Source: a virus. Taken from it: a DNA stretch of 63,212 bases. The stretch lies in the IMG/VR virus record IMGVR_UViG_3300045988_149942, one strand, 5' to 3'. The notes below the pieces were generated by a model. That model was not told where the DNA came from and ran no database searches. It saw nothing but the letters and a program-made list of their open reading frames with translations. Made by a program: the position numbers and the translations under genes. Each line of letters starts with the position of its first letter. Position 1 is the first letter of the stretch. Shown here piece after piece: positions 56,261 through 63,212 of the stretch.

Positions 56261-56616
56261 AGTTTTGTCAGTTTAAATGTGTAGTACTTGTCGAAGGTCA
56301 CGGTCGCGGTGTTGCCTTCAATGCTCAGTTCGTAATGATGCGACACTTCGCCATATTGCATGGCCTCTTCGTAGTCTTTTGCTATCACGGGACCGGGAAG
56401 TATTCGTTGGCGGCAGAAGTAGTCCAGATACCGTCGCCACGCGATCTCGGGCGGGAACTTGTCCGGACTTTGGATGGCAAGGTTCGAAAGAAAACCCTCG
56501 TAATTGTTACCCCACGTCTTGCCGAAGATAGGAGTGTCCGTTCTCGGGTTCACCGCCGTGAAGCCTTCCAGTTTCCAGCCCGAAATCGTGAGGTAGCGGT
56601 CGATGATTCGTTTCAT
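56257..56616 (-). CDS. hypothetical protein
   Basis: ORF 56257..56700 trimmed to ATG 56616. Confidence 0.5.
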   Translation of the reverse strand: MKRIIDRYLTISGWKLEGFTAVNPRTDTPIFGKTWGNNYEGFLSNLAIQSPDKFPPEIAWRRYLDYFCRQRILPGPVIAKDYEEAMQYGEVSHHYELSIEGNTATVTFDKYYTFKLTKL

Positions 56617-56837
56617 CGCCGTTCGTATTTCGGGAACCGCCCGGTGTGCGTGATGATGTAGGGGACGTTGATGTCCTCGATCACGTCGAACTTCACCCAC
56701 GTCCGCAGGTTTTTGCCGAGCCAGTAGACCCGCGCCCGCTTCTTCTCGTTGTCGATCTCCACGACCTCTCCGATCCGGCCGACAACATAATCCCCTTTGC
56801 TCCGGACAACTTTCTGTCCGATCTCTACATGTTGCAT
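56613..56837 (-). CDS. hypothetical protein
   Basis: ORF 56613..57014 trimmed to ATG 56837. Confidence 0.5.
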   Translation of the reverse strand: MQHVEIGQKVVRSKGDYVVGRIGEVVEIDNEKKRARVYWLGKNLRTWVKFDVIEDINVPYIITHTGRFPKYERR

Positions 56838-57199
56838 AGTATTGAATCTAAAATTTCGTTTGCTTCTTTCTCCTCCGCCGCCCGTACAGCGGCGCGGTAT
56901 TCGGGCCATTTCCGGTCGGCGAAGTCCTGCACGGTCTCCGCCACCTTGTCGATGCCCTTGTAAATTTCCTTCGTCTTGTTGAGGCTCACCCGGTTCCCGA
57001 AACACTTGAAGCACTTCATCTGTAAGTCTTGCGTGTTTCGAAATGCCGGGATGTACTCCTCAATGTGTCGCTCGTCCCCTACCTCGACGTAACCGAATCG
57101 GTCGCCATCGCGGTAGAAGTGCAGGAACTTGAAACGCCAGTTGTAGTTACTTGCCCGAACATCTCCACAATCGTCCGGCAATATGATGAACCTTTTCAT
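56825..57199 (-). CDS. hypothetical protein
   Basis: 124-aa ORF. Confidence 0.55.
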   Translation of the reverse strand: MKRFIILPDDCGDVRASNYNWRFKFLHFYRDGDRFGYVEVGDERHIEEYIPAFRNTQDLQMKCFKCFGNRVSLNKTKEIYKGIDKVAETVQDFADRKWPEYRAAVRAAEEKEANEILDSILCNM

Positions 57200-57708
57200 G
57201 GCATAAGAAAGTCTGCCGCGAGGATCATCTCCTCCATGATGTAGGAATCCCCGTTATCCTTCAAAAACGATTCGACGGCCGCCTCTTCGATCTCGGAGTG
57301 CTCCCACGATTCGAAGCGGTATATTTTAAGTCTCAGTGGAATATACTCACCTTGTTTGGTCTGTTCCCGATTGATATACCGGGTGTATTTGTCGTCCACG
57401 TCCTTGACCCGGAGACGCTCGAAACGCTTCTCGATCTTGTTGTGCCGCATGAAGGTGATACGGTGGGATTCTACACACGTCCACGACCCGAGATCGGGCT
57501 GGAACTTGTAGCAGAACCCACCGGTCGGCTCTTTGAAGACTTCTACCTTTGCGTTCGCTCGTTTCGCCACCGCAACCGCATAAGGGACCCACGAATTCCC
57601 CTTGCAGATCACGAAATGTTCCGTCGCCGCGTATACTTCGATACCGACGCGCCGCATTCGTTCGATTATGAACTCCTGCTCTTTTTTAGAAAAAGATTCT
57701 ACTTTCAT
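57196..57708 (-). CDS. hypothetical protein
   Basis: 170-aa ORF. Confidence 0.6.
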   Translation of the reverse strand: MKVESFSKKEQEFIIERMRRVGIEVYAATEHFVICKGNSWVPYAVAVAKRANAKVEVFKEPTGGFCYKFQPDLGSWTCVESHRITFMRHNKIEKRFERLRVKDVDDKYTRYINREQTKQGEYIPLRLKIYRFESWEHSEIEEAAVESFLKDNGDSYIMEEMILAADFLMP

Positions 57709-57785
57709 ACCCTTTGAAATTGGCCGAGGCTGACAATATATTGTATGTCGCAGATCGGCGTGATAAGTTCGTAAATCGGTTCATG

Positions 57786-58094
57786 TCAGTTGTTTCCGGT
57801 TCCGTAGAAGCCGTTGAAGGTGAAGCGGGCCCCGTGCATATTTGCCCACTCCAACGCCTTCTCCTCCGAATTCGAAAAGGGGTTGTTCTTGCGCTCGGCA
57901 CCCCTCGGTGTCCGGTACTTGTCCCACAACCACGCGAACCCCTTTTGCGCTTGGTCGTAGCTGACCGGGATCGGGTTTTCGAGTTGGATTCGCTCGCCTC
58001 GGTTGCGCCTCCGTTTCAGAAGCAAAATCTCGTTTTCTTCGATCCAGCCCCGCTCCTCGGCGGCGGCGATGATCTTCTCACTCGTCTGTTTCAT
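57786..58094 (-). CDS. hypothetical protein
   Basis: 102-aa ORF. Confidence 0.55.
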   Translation of the reverse strand: MKQTSEKIIAAAEERGWIEENEILLLKRRRNRGERIQLENPIPVSYDQAQKGFAWLWDKYRTPRGAERKNNPFSNSEEKALEWANMHGARFTFNGFYGTGNN

Positions 58095-58326
58095 CGTTCA
58101 GTTCGTTGTTAAGGTCGATTAATTCTTTGAATGTCTTGAGGTTGTCGAGGACCCAATCCCCGATCTCGCTCCACTTCTTGTTAAGAAGCGCGTGAGAAAT
58201 GCGGCTCGTTAGCGTTCCGATGCTCGCGTCGATGTGCTTCACGGCCTCCTCCCGAGTATCGAAGAGGTGGCCGTCGTTGGTCTCGTATTTAGCGATCCTT
58301 TTCATAGATGTCGTTGTAAAGTTCAT
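58078..58326 (-). CDS. hypothetical protein
   Basis: 82-aa ORF. Confidence 0.55.
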   Translation of the reverse strand: MNFTTTSMKRIAKYETNDGHLFDTREEAVKHIDASIGTLTSRISHALLNKKWSEIGDWVLDNLKTFKELIDLNNELNDETDE

Positions 58327-58573
58327 CGATTAGGAGGTCGAGTCCGTATGCTTGGAAGACGAAGCCCCCGCCGAATACCCGGCCGCGGTACCGTCTCCCG
58401 CCGTGCTTGTTCGCCATGCGGCGGGCTGATTCCATTTTATCGCAATGGTCGCCGGGGTGATCCTCGTGGACCAGATCGAGGAAGTGGATAATAAAGCGCG
58501 GGTTCCCGTAAACGTCGCGCGTCGTGTACATGCCGCCGCTTTTAACGGTTCGGCGATATTCTTCTCGTGTCAT
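58289..58573 (-). CDS. hypothetical protein
   Basis: 94-aa ORF. Confidence 0.55.
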   Translation of the reverse strand: MTREEYRRTVKSGGMYTTRDVYGNPRFIIHFLDLVHEDHPGDHCDKMESARRMANKHGGRRYRGRVFGGGFVFQAYGLDLLIDELYNDIYEKDR

Positions 58574-58745
58574 GTTTTTCTGCTCTTATTTCTAAACCGC
58601 TCCGGTAAATCGTTTCCTCGCCTTCTGCCATTCGGTAGTCGGCGGCTCCTACTTGCGTACCGTTCACAAAATAGGAGACATAGCCGTGCCCGGTGCGGGC
58701 CTTCAAATCGATTACGGCCTCGCGGATGCTTGTGTATGCCTTCAT
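58542..58745 (-). CDS. hypothetical protein
   Basis: ORF 58542..58781 trimmed to ATG 58745 (ATGA overlap). Confidence 0.45.
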   Translation of the reverse strand: MKAYTSIREAVIDLKARTGHGYVSYFVNGTQVGAADYRMAEGEETIYRSGLEIRAEKHDTRRISPNR

Positions 58746-59035
58746 AGTACTACCATATATCCGAGCCGGGTTCGAATCCATCCGCGCTGGCTCTTAGGCG
58801 CGGCGGCTAAAATGTCTTTCATGTCTTGTTCGTCGATCCGGACCACCCCGTTCACCAGCGGTTTGCCCGCCGCCCGGTCGAAAATCCGGTATCTCTTCGG
58901 GTCCACCGTGATGACATAGTTCCCGGTGTCGAGGGTGAAATGATCGCGCCCGAACTCCAGCGCGTCGCGGCCAAATTCCGCCTGCCAGCGGCTTTTACCG
59001 ATGTCGTATACAAATACCATTTTCGTAAAATTCAA
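58742..59035 (-). CDS. hypothetical protein
   Basis: 97-aa ORF. Confidence 0.55.
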   Translation of the reverse strand: MNFTKMVFVYDIGKSRWQAEFGRDALEFGRDHFTLDTGNYVITVDPKRYRIFDRAAGKPLVNGVVRIDEQDMKDILAAAPKSQRGWIRTRLGYMVVL

Positions 59036-59480
59036 ATTCGTTATTCTCCGCGAACTCCGCGAAGTACTCTTGACTTTGCGTATATTCGACGTCCTGACAG
59101 CACGCCGAGAAAAAGGCGGTCAGACACTCGTTAACCACGTCGCCGAAGTCCTTTCCGTCTGTCGGTTGTTTGGCCGGGCCGAGGATCACGTCGTCCAAAT
59201 AAAACCCGGTCGGCTCGAAGAGGGCGAGGCGGTGCCGTATATATTCATTATCCGTTATCTCTTCGTCCCCCTCGTTTTTCGCCCGCCACCGAAACGAATG
59301 GCAGTAGGAATTGTATACATACTCCGTCACCTCGATTCCGAAGGCAGTACAGAACGCCTCCAACGTGCGGCGGTTGTCGGCCTCGAGCGCATAGTCGGGT
59401 TCCCTCGCCTTGTAAGCCGTGGCCTTCGCCTCCTCCGAAAGTTCGGAGTAGCTGTAAATCGTTATCGTTTCAGTGCGCAT
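58995..59480 (-). CDS. acidic hypothetical protein
   Basis: 161-aa ORF, Glu/Asp/aromatic-rich, ends ...EFEFYENGICIRHR. Confidence 0.6.
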   Translation of the reverse strand: MRTETITIYSYSELSEEAKATAYKAREPDYALEADNRRTLEAFCTAFGIEVTEYVYNSYCHSFRWRAKNEGDEEITDNEYIRHRLALFEPTGFYLDDVILGPAKQPTDGKDFGDVVNECLTAFFSACCQDVEYTQSQEYFAEFAENNEFEFYENGICIRHR

Positions 59481-59713
59481 CGTTTCGATAGTTTAAAGTG
59501 TGTGTAATTGCGTGCCCGTAAATACTTGACCGCCTCCTTCTTTTCTGCCTCCGTCGCCGGGCGGGTCTCGCGGCGGTAGTATTCTAATCCGGCTTCGAAG
59601 TGGTCCCCTCCGACCTCTAAAGCGGAAATTAGGCCGTTTCGTTCCTTGCCAAAATACACCTCGATTGATTCGGTCGCCTTGTGTACCCGAACCACAACCC
59701 GCCGACGAAAACC
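59462..59713 (-). CDS. hypothetical protein (start uncertain; GTG near 59713 or fusion with 59629..59838)
   Basis: The C-terminal 80 aa of ORF 59462..59794 look protein-like; the N-terminal part is R/P/G low complexity. Confidence 0.35.
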   Translation of the reverse strand, partial: GFRRRVVVRVHKATESIEVYFGKERNGLISALEVGGDHFEAGLEYYRRETRPATEAEKKEAVKYLRARNYTHFKLSKRCALKR

Positions 59714-59838
59714 CCGTTTTCGCCCTTTCCGATGATGTCTCGGCCATCCGGGGTCCGGGCTGTGTAGTAGCCAGCGCCGTGGCATAGAACCCACTCCGAC
59801 CGCTCGATTGCCTGCTGTTTAGCCTCTTCGAATGTCAT
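59629..59838 (-). CDS. hypothetical protein (possibly the N-terminal part of a frameshifted gene)
   Basis: 69-aa ORF overlapping the coding-looking ORF 59462..59794 in another frame. Confidence 0.45.
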   Translation of the reverse strand: MTFEEAKQQAIERSEWVLCHGAGYYTARTPDGRDIIGKGENGVFVGGLWFGYTRRPNQSRCILARNETA

Positions 59839-60173
59839 AAAGATAACCGTTTTTTGATTGCTTTCCTTAATTCGACCTTGTTTTTCGCCTCTATTCGGTC
59901 AAAAAACCCGTCCAAATCCTCAATATAGGCGGACGTGTCGAGGTGGTTCCCGATAACGTGCGGCCCTAATTTCACATTCCAGTCGCGCGTTAACACAACC
60001 CGGTAATACACCGCCGGAAGACGGTACATTGCCTTCAAGCCGTTCAACTCAGCCAAATTCGCCGAAGTCAGTAGGTAGTATTCGCCCGTCTTTGGGTCGA
60101 TACAAAGCCAGTACCCGACGCGACGATCCCGCCACGCCTTCACACCCTTCGTTACCGCGTTTTTCAGTGTCAT
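59835..60173 (-). CDS. hypothetical protein
   Basis: ORF 59835..60230 (GTG) trimmed to ATG 60173. Confidence 0.55.
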   Translation of the reverse strand: MTLKNAVTKGVKAWRDRRVGYWLCIDPKTGEYYLLTSANLAELNGLKAMYRLPAVYYRVVLTRDWNVKLGPHVIGNHLDTSAYIEDLDGFFDRIEAKNKVELRKAIKKRLSL

Positions 60174-60471
60174 TTTGTCGTAATTATATAGGTTCGTAAT
60201 TCGTCGATACCGCCGACGCCTCCCGGTCACTCTCGTTCATGTTGTCGATGTTGCGCAACAAGCGACCGTACCAAACCTTGGAATAGCCGCGCAATTTCGT
60301 CTCTTTTCATAGTCTTATGATTATTTCAGTCCGTTCAAGGAAAGCCCGTTGTGATACCGGACCCGAACCGGGACCCGGAACGCCTTAAAAAGCCGTTCAT
60401 ATAGTTTTGGTACGTCGGGTCGGTTTCGTGCACCTTTTTCGTGATCGGGTAGGCGTTCGTCGTGTGGCTGT

Positions 60472-60639
60472 TTATAGAAAATACTCGTTTAATACCCGCG
60501 CGCAATCCTCCGGGCTTTCTATGACCTCCGCCGCACCGCCGCCCGGAAAATAGACGGCGGTCCCGGCTTCGATATTACGATCCACGCGACCGGGAGCGCG
60601 CCCCGTTTCGCACTCCGGGCATGCTATTTTCTTTTTCAT
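60472..60639 (-). CDS. small hypothetical protein (55 aa, CPEC motif)
   Basis: Manually read ORF MKKKIACPECETGRAPGRVD...; below the track cutoff. Confidence 0.35.
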   Translation of the reverse strand: MKKKIACPECETGRAPGRVDRNIEAGTAVYFPGGGAAEVIESPEDCARVLNEYFL

Positions 60640-60641
60640 AG

Positions 60642-60983
60642 CTACACGAATTTTACTTGTCCGTTATATTCCAGCGTTACCGCTTCTTGCTTCATCTCGT
60701 CGCGGATTTCGGTTGCCAGTGTGTACACCTCCTCGAAGTGCTCCCCGAAGGATTCCGGGGTGCAAAAAGCGTACACGATTGTCACGTTCTCGACCACAAG
60801 CGCACCCGAGTTCGACACCCAGCCACCGACCGCCGGGGTCGAAGTACAGCCCCCGAACCACTTCGAAAATTTAGTCATCACTTTGTTAACGAACTCTTTG
60901 TTGTCGGTCGGGACATTAACGTCCGTGGTGCTGGGAACATAGATAGCGACTTTTGCGTTAAGGTCAAATTTGATGTTTTTCAT
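60642..60983 (-). CDS. hypothetical protein
   Basis: 113-aa ORF. Confidence 0.6.
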   Translation of the reverse strand: MKNIKFDLNAKVAIYVPSTTDVNVPTDNKEFVNKVMTKFSKWFGGCTSTPAVGGWVSNSGALVVENVTIVYAFCTPESFGEHFEEVYTLATEIRDEMKQEAVTLEYNGQVKFV

Positions 60984-61061
60984 AATTCACTGGTTACGAT
61001 TAATGACATAATAAGAGCCCCTATAAAGCAAGCCCAAAAAAAGACTTCCGCGGCCCGACGG

Positions 61062-61325
61062 CTATTCCATTTCATAAATAAAAATAAATTGGTTTTCAGT
61101 CTGGACACACGCTACCGGGGTGTCCTTGATTTTGGCTATAAGGTCGCGCCCGTCCTCGGAATCGCCCCAAACAGCCACCATGTCGGAGCCGTTCGGGATG
61201 GCACCGAAGAGAAGCGAACCCACGAAATTCGCCGCGCTTACTCGCTCGCTTTTGCTGAACGGGGCGTACACGTTATTACTGATACCCAATTCTGCAATAG
61301 CCGAAAGAAAATCAAATGCTTTCAT
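61062..61325 (-). CDS. hypothetical protein (first ORF of the long minus-strand early block)
   Basis: 87-aa ORF. Confidence 0.55.
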   Translation of the reverse strand: MKAFDFLSAIAELGISNNVYAPFSKSERVSAANFVGSLLFGAIPNGSDMVAVWGDSEDGRDLIAKIKDTPVACVQTENQFIFIYEME

Positions 61326-61856
61326 AATAGTGTGGTTTAATGGATTAGAGGTCCGGCGCGGTAAGCGAACCGCAGGCGTTGCCGCCTCAATTCTGAATTA
61401 ATCCGGACCAAATGTTACAACCCCTTTCGCTCTCCGGACGCGGGTTGTTTGCGTCCTTTCTTGCTCCCCGTGACTGGTGTAATGCCTATGCGGGTATCTC
61501 TCGCGGTCGTCTGTATTCCAGTTCCGCGGCCCTTTCGTACAATTACACGCGGGCAACGCTCAGGTTATTCGGGTCCCTATCCCTACCGGGCCTTTTCTGT
61601 CGTAACGTGACGGGTGCGGCTCGGTGTCCTCCGTTGTTTGTTTCGGCTTTCCGCGTGCATCATGTGCGGGCCGGAAATGTGTAGGGCGGCAAGGGCTTCG
61701 ATAGTGTTAGTATCGCGGTTTAGCAAAATGCCGTTTTCAATTCCTCGTGTGTTGCGGATGCGTGCCCGGCGTGCCTAAGAACTAAGGCGGGACCGAAGCG
61801 AGGCGGGCGGAAAGTCTTTGAAAGAACGTGCAACGCCTTTGGGTGGGTTGCTGGTG

Positions 61857-61864
61857 CAAAGATA
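61857..61864 (-). promoter_or_regulatory. -7 promoter box TATCTTTG(CAC) on minus strand, about 530 nt upstream of the first ORF
   Basis: Reverse complement of CAAAGATA at the edge of the AT-rich region. Confidence 0.45.
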
Positions 61865-62091
61865 AAACGCGATTTTCAAATATGCAATAGCACTTAGTAA
61901 AAATAATCCAAATGGAACAGCATTTGCCGTTGCGAACCCGATTTTGTGGAGAATATGAACAATTTTTGGGGCGTTGAACTTTTGAACGGGGGCAAGTATC
62001 GGACGAGGGGAGAAACGCCGCCAGATCGACGGAAACGGGACGAAAACAGTATGCGTCGCGGTGGTGGCAAAGTGAGATTAAAGCGGGTAGG

Positions 62092-62380
62092 GGATAGAGA
62101 ACGCGAGGAGAAAAAAAAGGAAAGCGCAGGAGAAAAAAAAGGAAGGCGCGTAAAGCGCTGATTACAAGCGAAAAGAAAGAAAAAGAAAAAAGGAAACACT
62201 AAAAGAAACAAAAAGAAACATCGAAAGGAAAGAAAAAGAAAGTAAAGGAAACATGCTGTAAATATGTTATTTTAGGCTGTTTGCTGTTTTCTGTGGCAAA
62301 AAATAGCACAAAAAGTTACTAAAAATAATCAAAAGGAAAGAAAAGGAAAGGAAAGGAAAGTTAAAAGGAAACAAAAATGG
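62092..62380 (+). repeat. polypurine (A/G) low-complexity tract with AAAGGAAA(C/G)-type and 23-bp tandem units
   Basis: AGGAGAAAAAAAAGGAA(A/G)GCGC x2; AAAGGAAAC x3; GGAAAGGAAAGGAAAG. Confidence 0.8.
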
Positions 62381-62457
62381 TAAATTTAACATAATATTTT
62401 TTGTGCCCAAATAGAACAAAAAATAGGCCATTTAGAACACAATCGCCATAACGCTGT

Positions 62458-62493
62458 GATTATCAGGCATTTACGCGTAAGTGCCTGATAATC
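62458..62493. repeat. 36-bp near-perfect palindrome GATTATCAGGCATTTACGCGTAAGTGCCTGATAATC
   Basis: 17 of 18 positions pair; the centre TTACGCGTAA is itself palindromic. Confidence 0.9.
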
Positions 62494-62716
62494 AACGAGT
62501 TATGGGGGTCAAAAAGGTCGATTTTTTCGTTTTGCATTTGTTTTCAAGGGTTTGCAGAAAGGTCTCAAAATTCAACCTAACTAACGTTATGTAAATTGTA
62601 ACGGCTCTAAAAAGCGATTGCGGGCCGTGTAAACAAAAACAACCAAATCAGCCCCGTGCGCATTGTGGCCGCGACTTTATGGCTGTTTGTGTGCTGACTG
62701 ACAGCGCGAACCGATC

Positions 62717-62750
62717 CGGGGGCGGGGGTCATCATAGGGGCGGGGGGGGG
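62717..62750 (+). other. G-quadruplex-forming motif GGGGGCGGGGG-N8-GGGGCGGGGGGGGG
   Basis: Four G-tracts of at least 4 within 34 nt in a non-coding region. Confidence 0.6.
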
Positions 62751-63113
62751 TCCATCGCGGTCCCCAGTCCAAAAAGTGGACTCTGATGTATTAATTTTTT
62801 TTTTTAAAAAATTAGTAAAAATTTTTAATAATTATAACTCGTTTATTATCAGCAATTTACGTTTTTTTTATGTTTAAACATTATTTAAAATATTTTAAAA
62901 ACGTAAAAAAAAACTCCCGAGACACTGACAAGAAAAATCCAATTCAACAATCGCATCAAACTTACTGATATACATAGCATTACTATCGAATATACCTCAT
63001 TATCCTTTTAACTCCGTATTTTTAGTGAAAAAAAAACTTCAAAATATTTTTCTGTATAGTTACCTGTATAGTTACTCATAACTTGCTCTGTATCAGCTAT
63101 TTACAAAAACATA

Positions 63114-63212
63114 AATTGGAATATTTTAATAAATGGCCTCGGACAAAAAACTAAAGTCCCTATTATCAGTACTTTAGCTTATTGGAATTATTTTCCAAAA
63201 AAAAAAAAAAAG
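63114..63212. repeat. Second copy of the 99-bp terminal direct repeat
   Basis: Identical to 1-99. Confidence 0.95.

Noticed and set aside
62092-62380. CRISPR array or protein-coding low-complexity genes (61894..62211 -, 61946..62161 +) in the repeat region
   Set aside because: The repeats are short, degenerate and purine-only, with no repeat-spacer periodicity. The ORF translations are poly-F/L or K/R/E/G strings.
1-63212. Stop-codon reassignment (TAG or TGA recoding), considered because of the Bacteroidota-type signals and the odd tRNA-like genes
   Set aside because: Very long ORFs (1922, 1392, 924, 725 and 570 aa) are intact under the standard bacterial code. The one tempting TAG (38060) is followed by another in-frame stop 10 codons later. 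No suppressor anticodon (CUA, UCA, UUA) could be placed in a proper loop register.

Overview
The window appears to be a complete tailed dsDNA phage genome of about 63.1 kb. Bases 1-99 recur exactly at 63114-63212, which indicates either a circular-assembly overlap or terminal redundancy. About 90 genes sit in four strand blocks. (i) 371-9401 (+) holds early and replication genes: two MazG-like proteins, an HTH protein, a D5/P4-type primase-helicase and a Toprim protein. (ii) 9605-24235 (-) holds SSB, a SprT-like protease, three tRNA or tRNA-like genes with an embedded lipoprotein gene, a VRR-NUC nuclease, an SF2 helicase, an SMC-like ATPase, a YqaJ-type exonuclease, the portal and an intein-interrupted large terminase. 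(iii) 24378-41199 (+) holds scaffold, capsid, connectors, major tail protein, a frameshifted tail chaperone, a 1922-aa tape measure, BACON-domain ORFs and the tail fibre. (iv) 41234-61325 (-) holds the distal-tail and tail-tip genes, then about 35 small early-type genes including HU and a small serine recombinase. About 2.1 kb (61326-63113 plus 1-370) is non-coding and repeat-rich. Recurrent TAnnTTTG(CA) boxes in front of the operons suggest a Bacteroidota host; this is an inference. The most interesting signal is a four-site, four-cassette recombination network. An in-frame ACGGGTAGCTC core, read as (I/T)-T-G-S-S, appears to allow exchange of the tail-fibre C-terminal tip. It forms two G-segment-like modules, and a small serine recombinase is the candidate invertase. 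Other notable items are a WCT-type (class 3-like) LAGLIDADG intein in the terminase P-loop, BACON domains split across three ORFs exactly at the strand-1/strand-2 boundary, a T9 -1 frameshift site, non-canonical tRNA-like genes, and a long GC-rich non-coding leader with iterons, a palindrome and a G4 motif. All functional calls come from motifs read by eye; no database search was possible.
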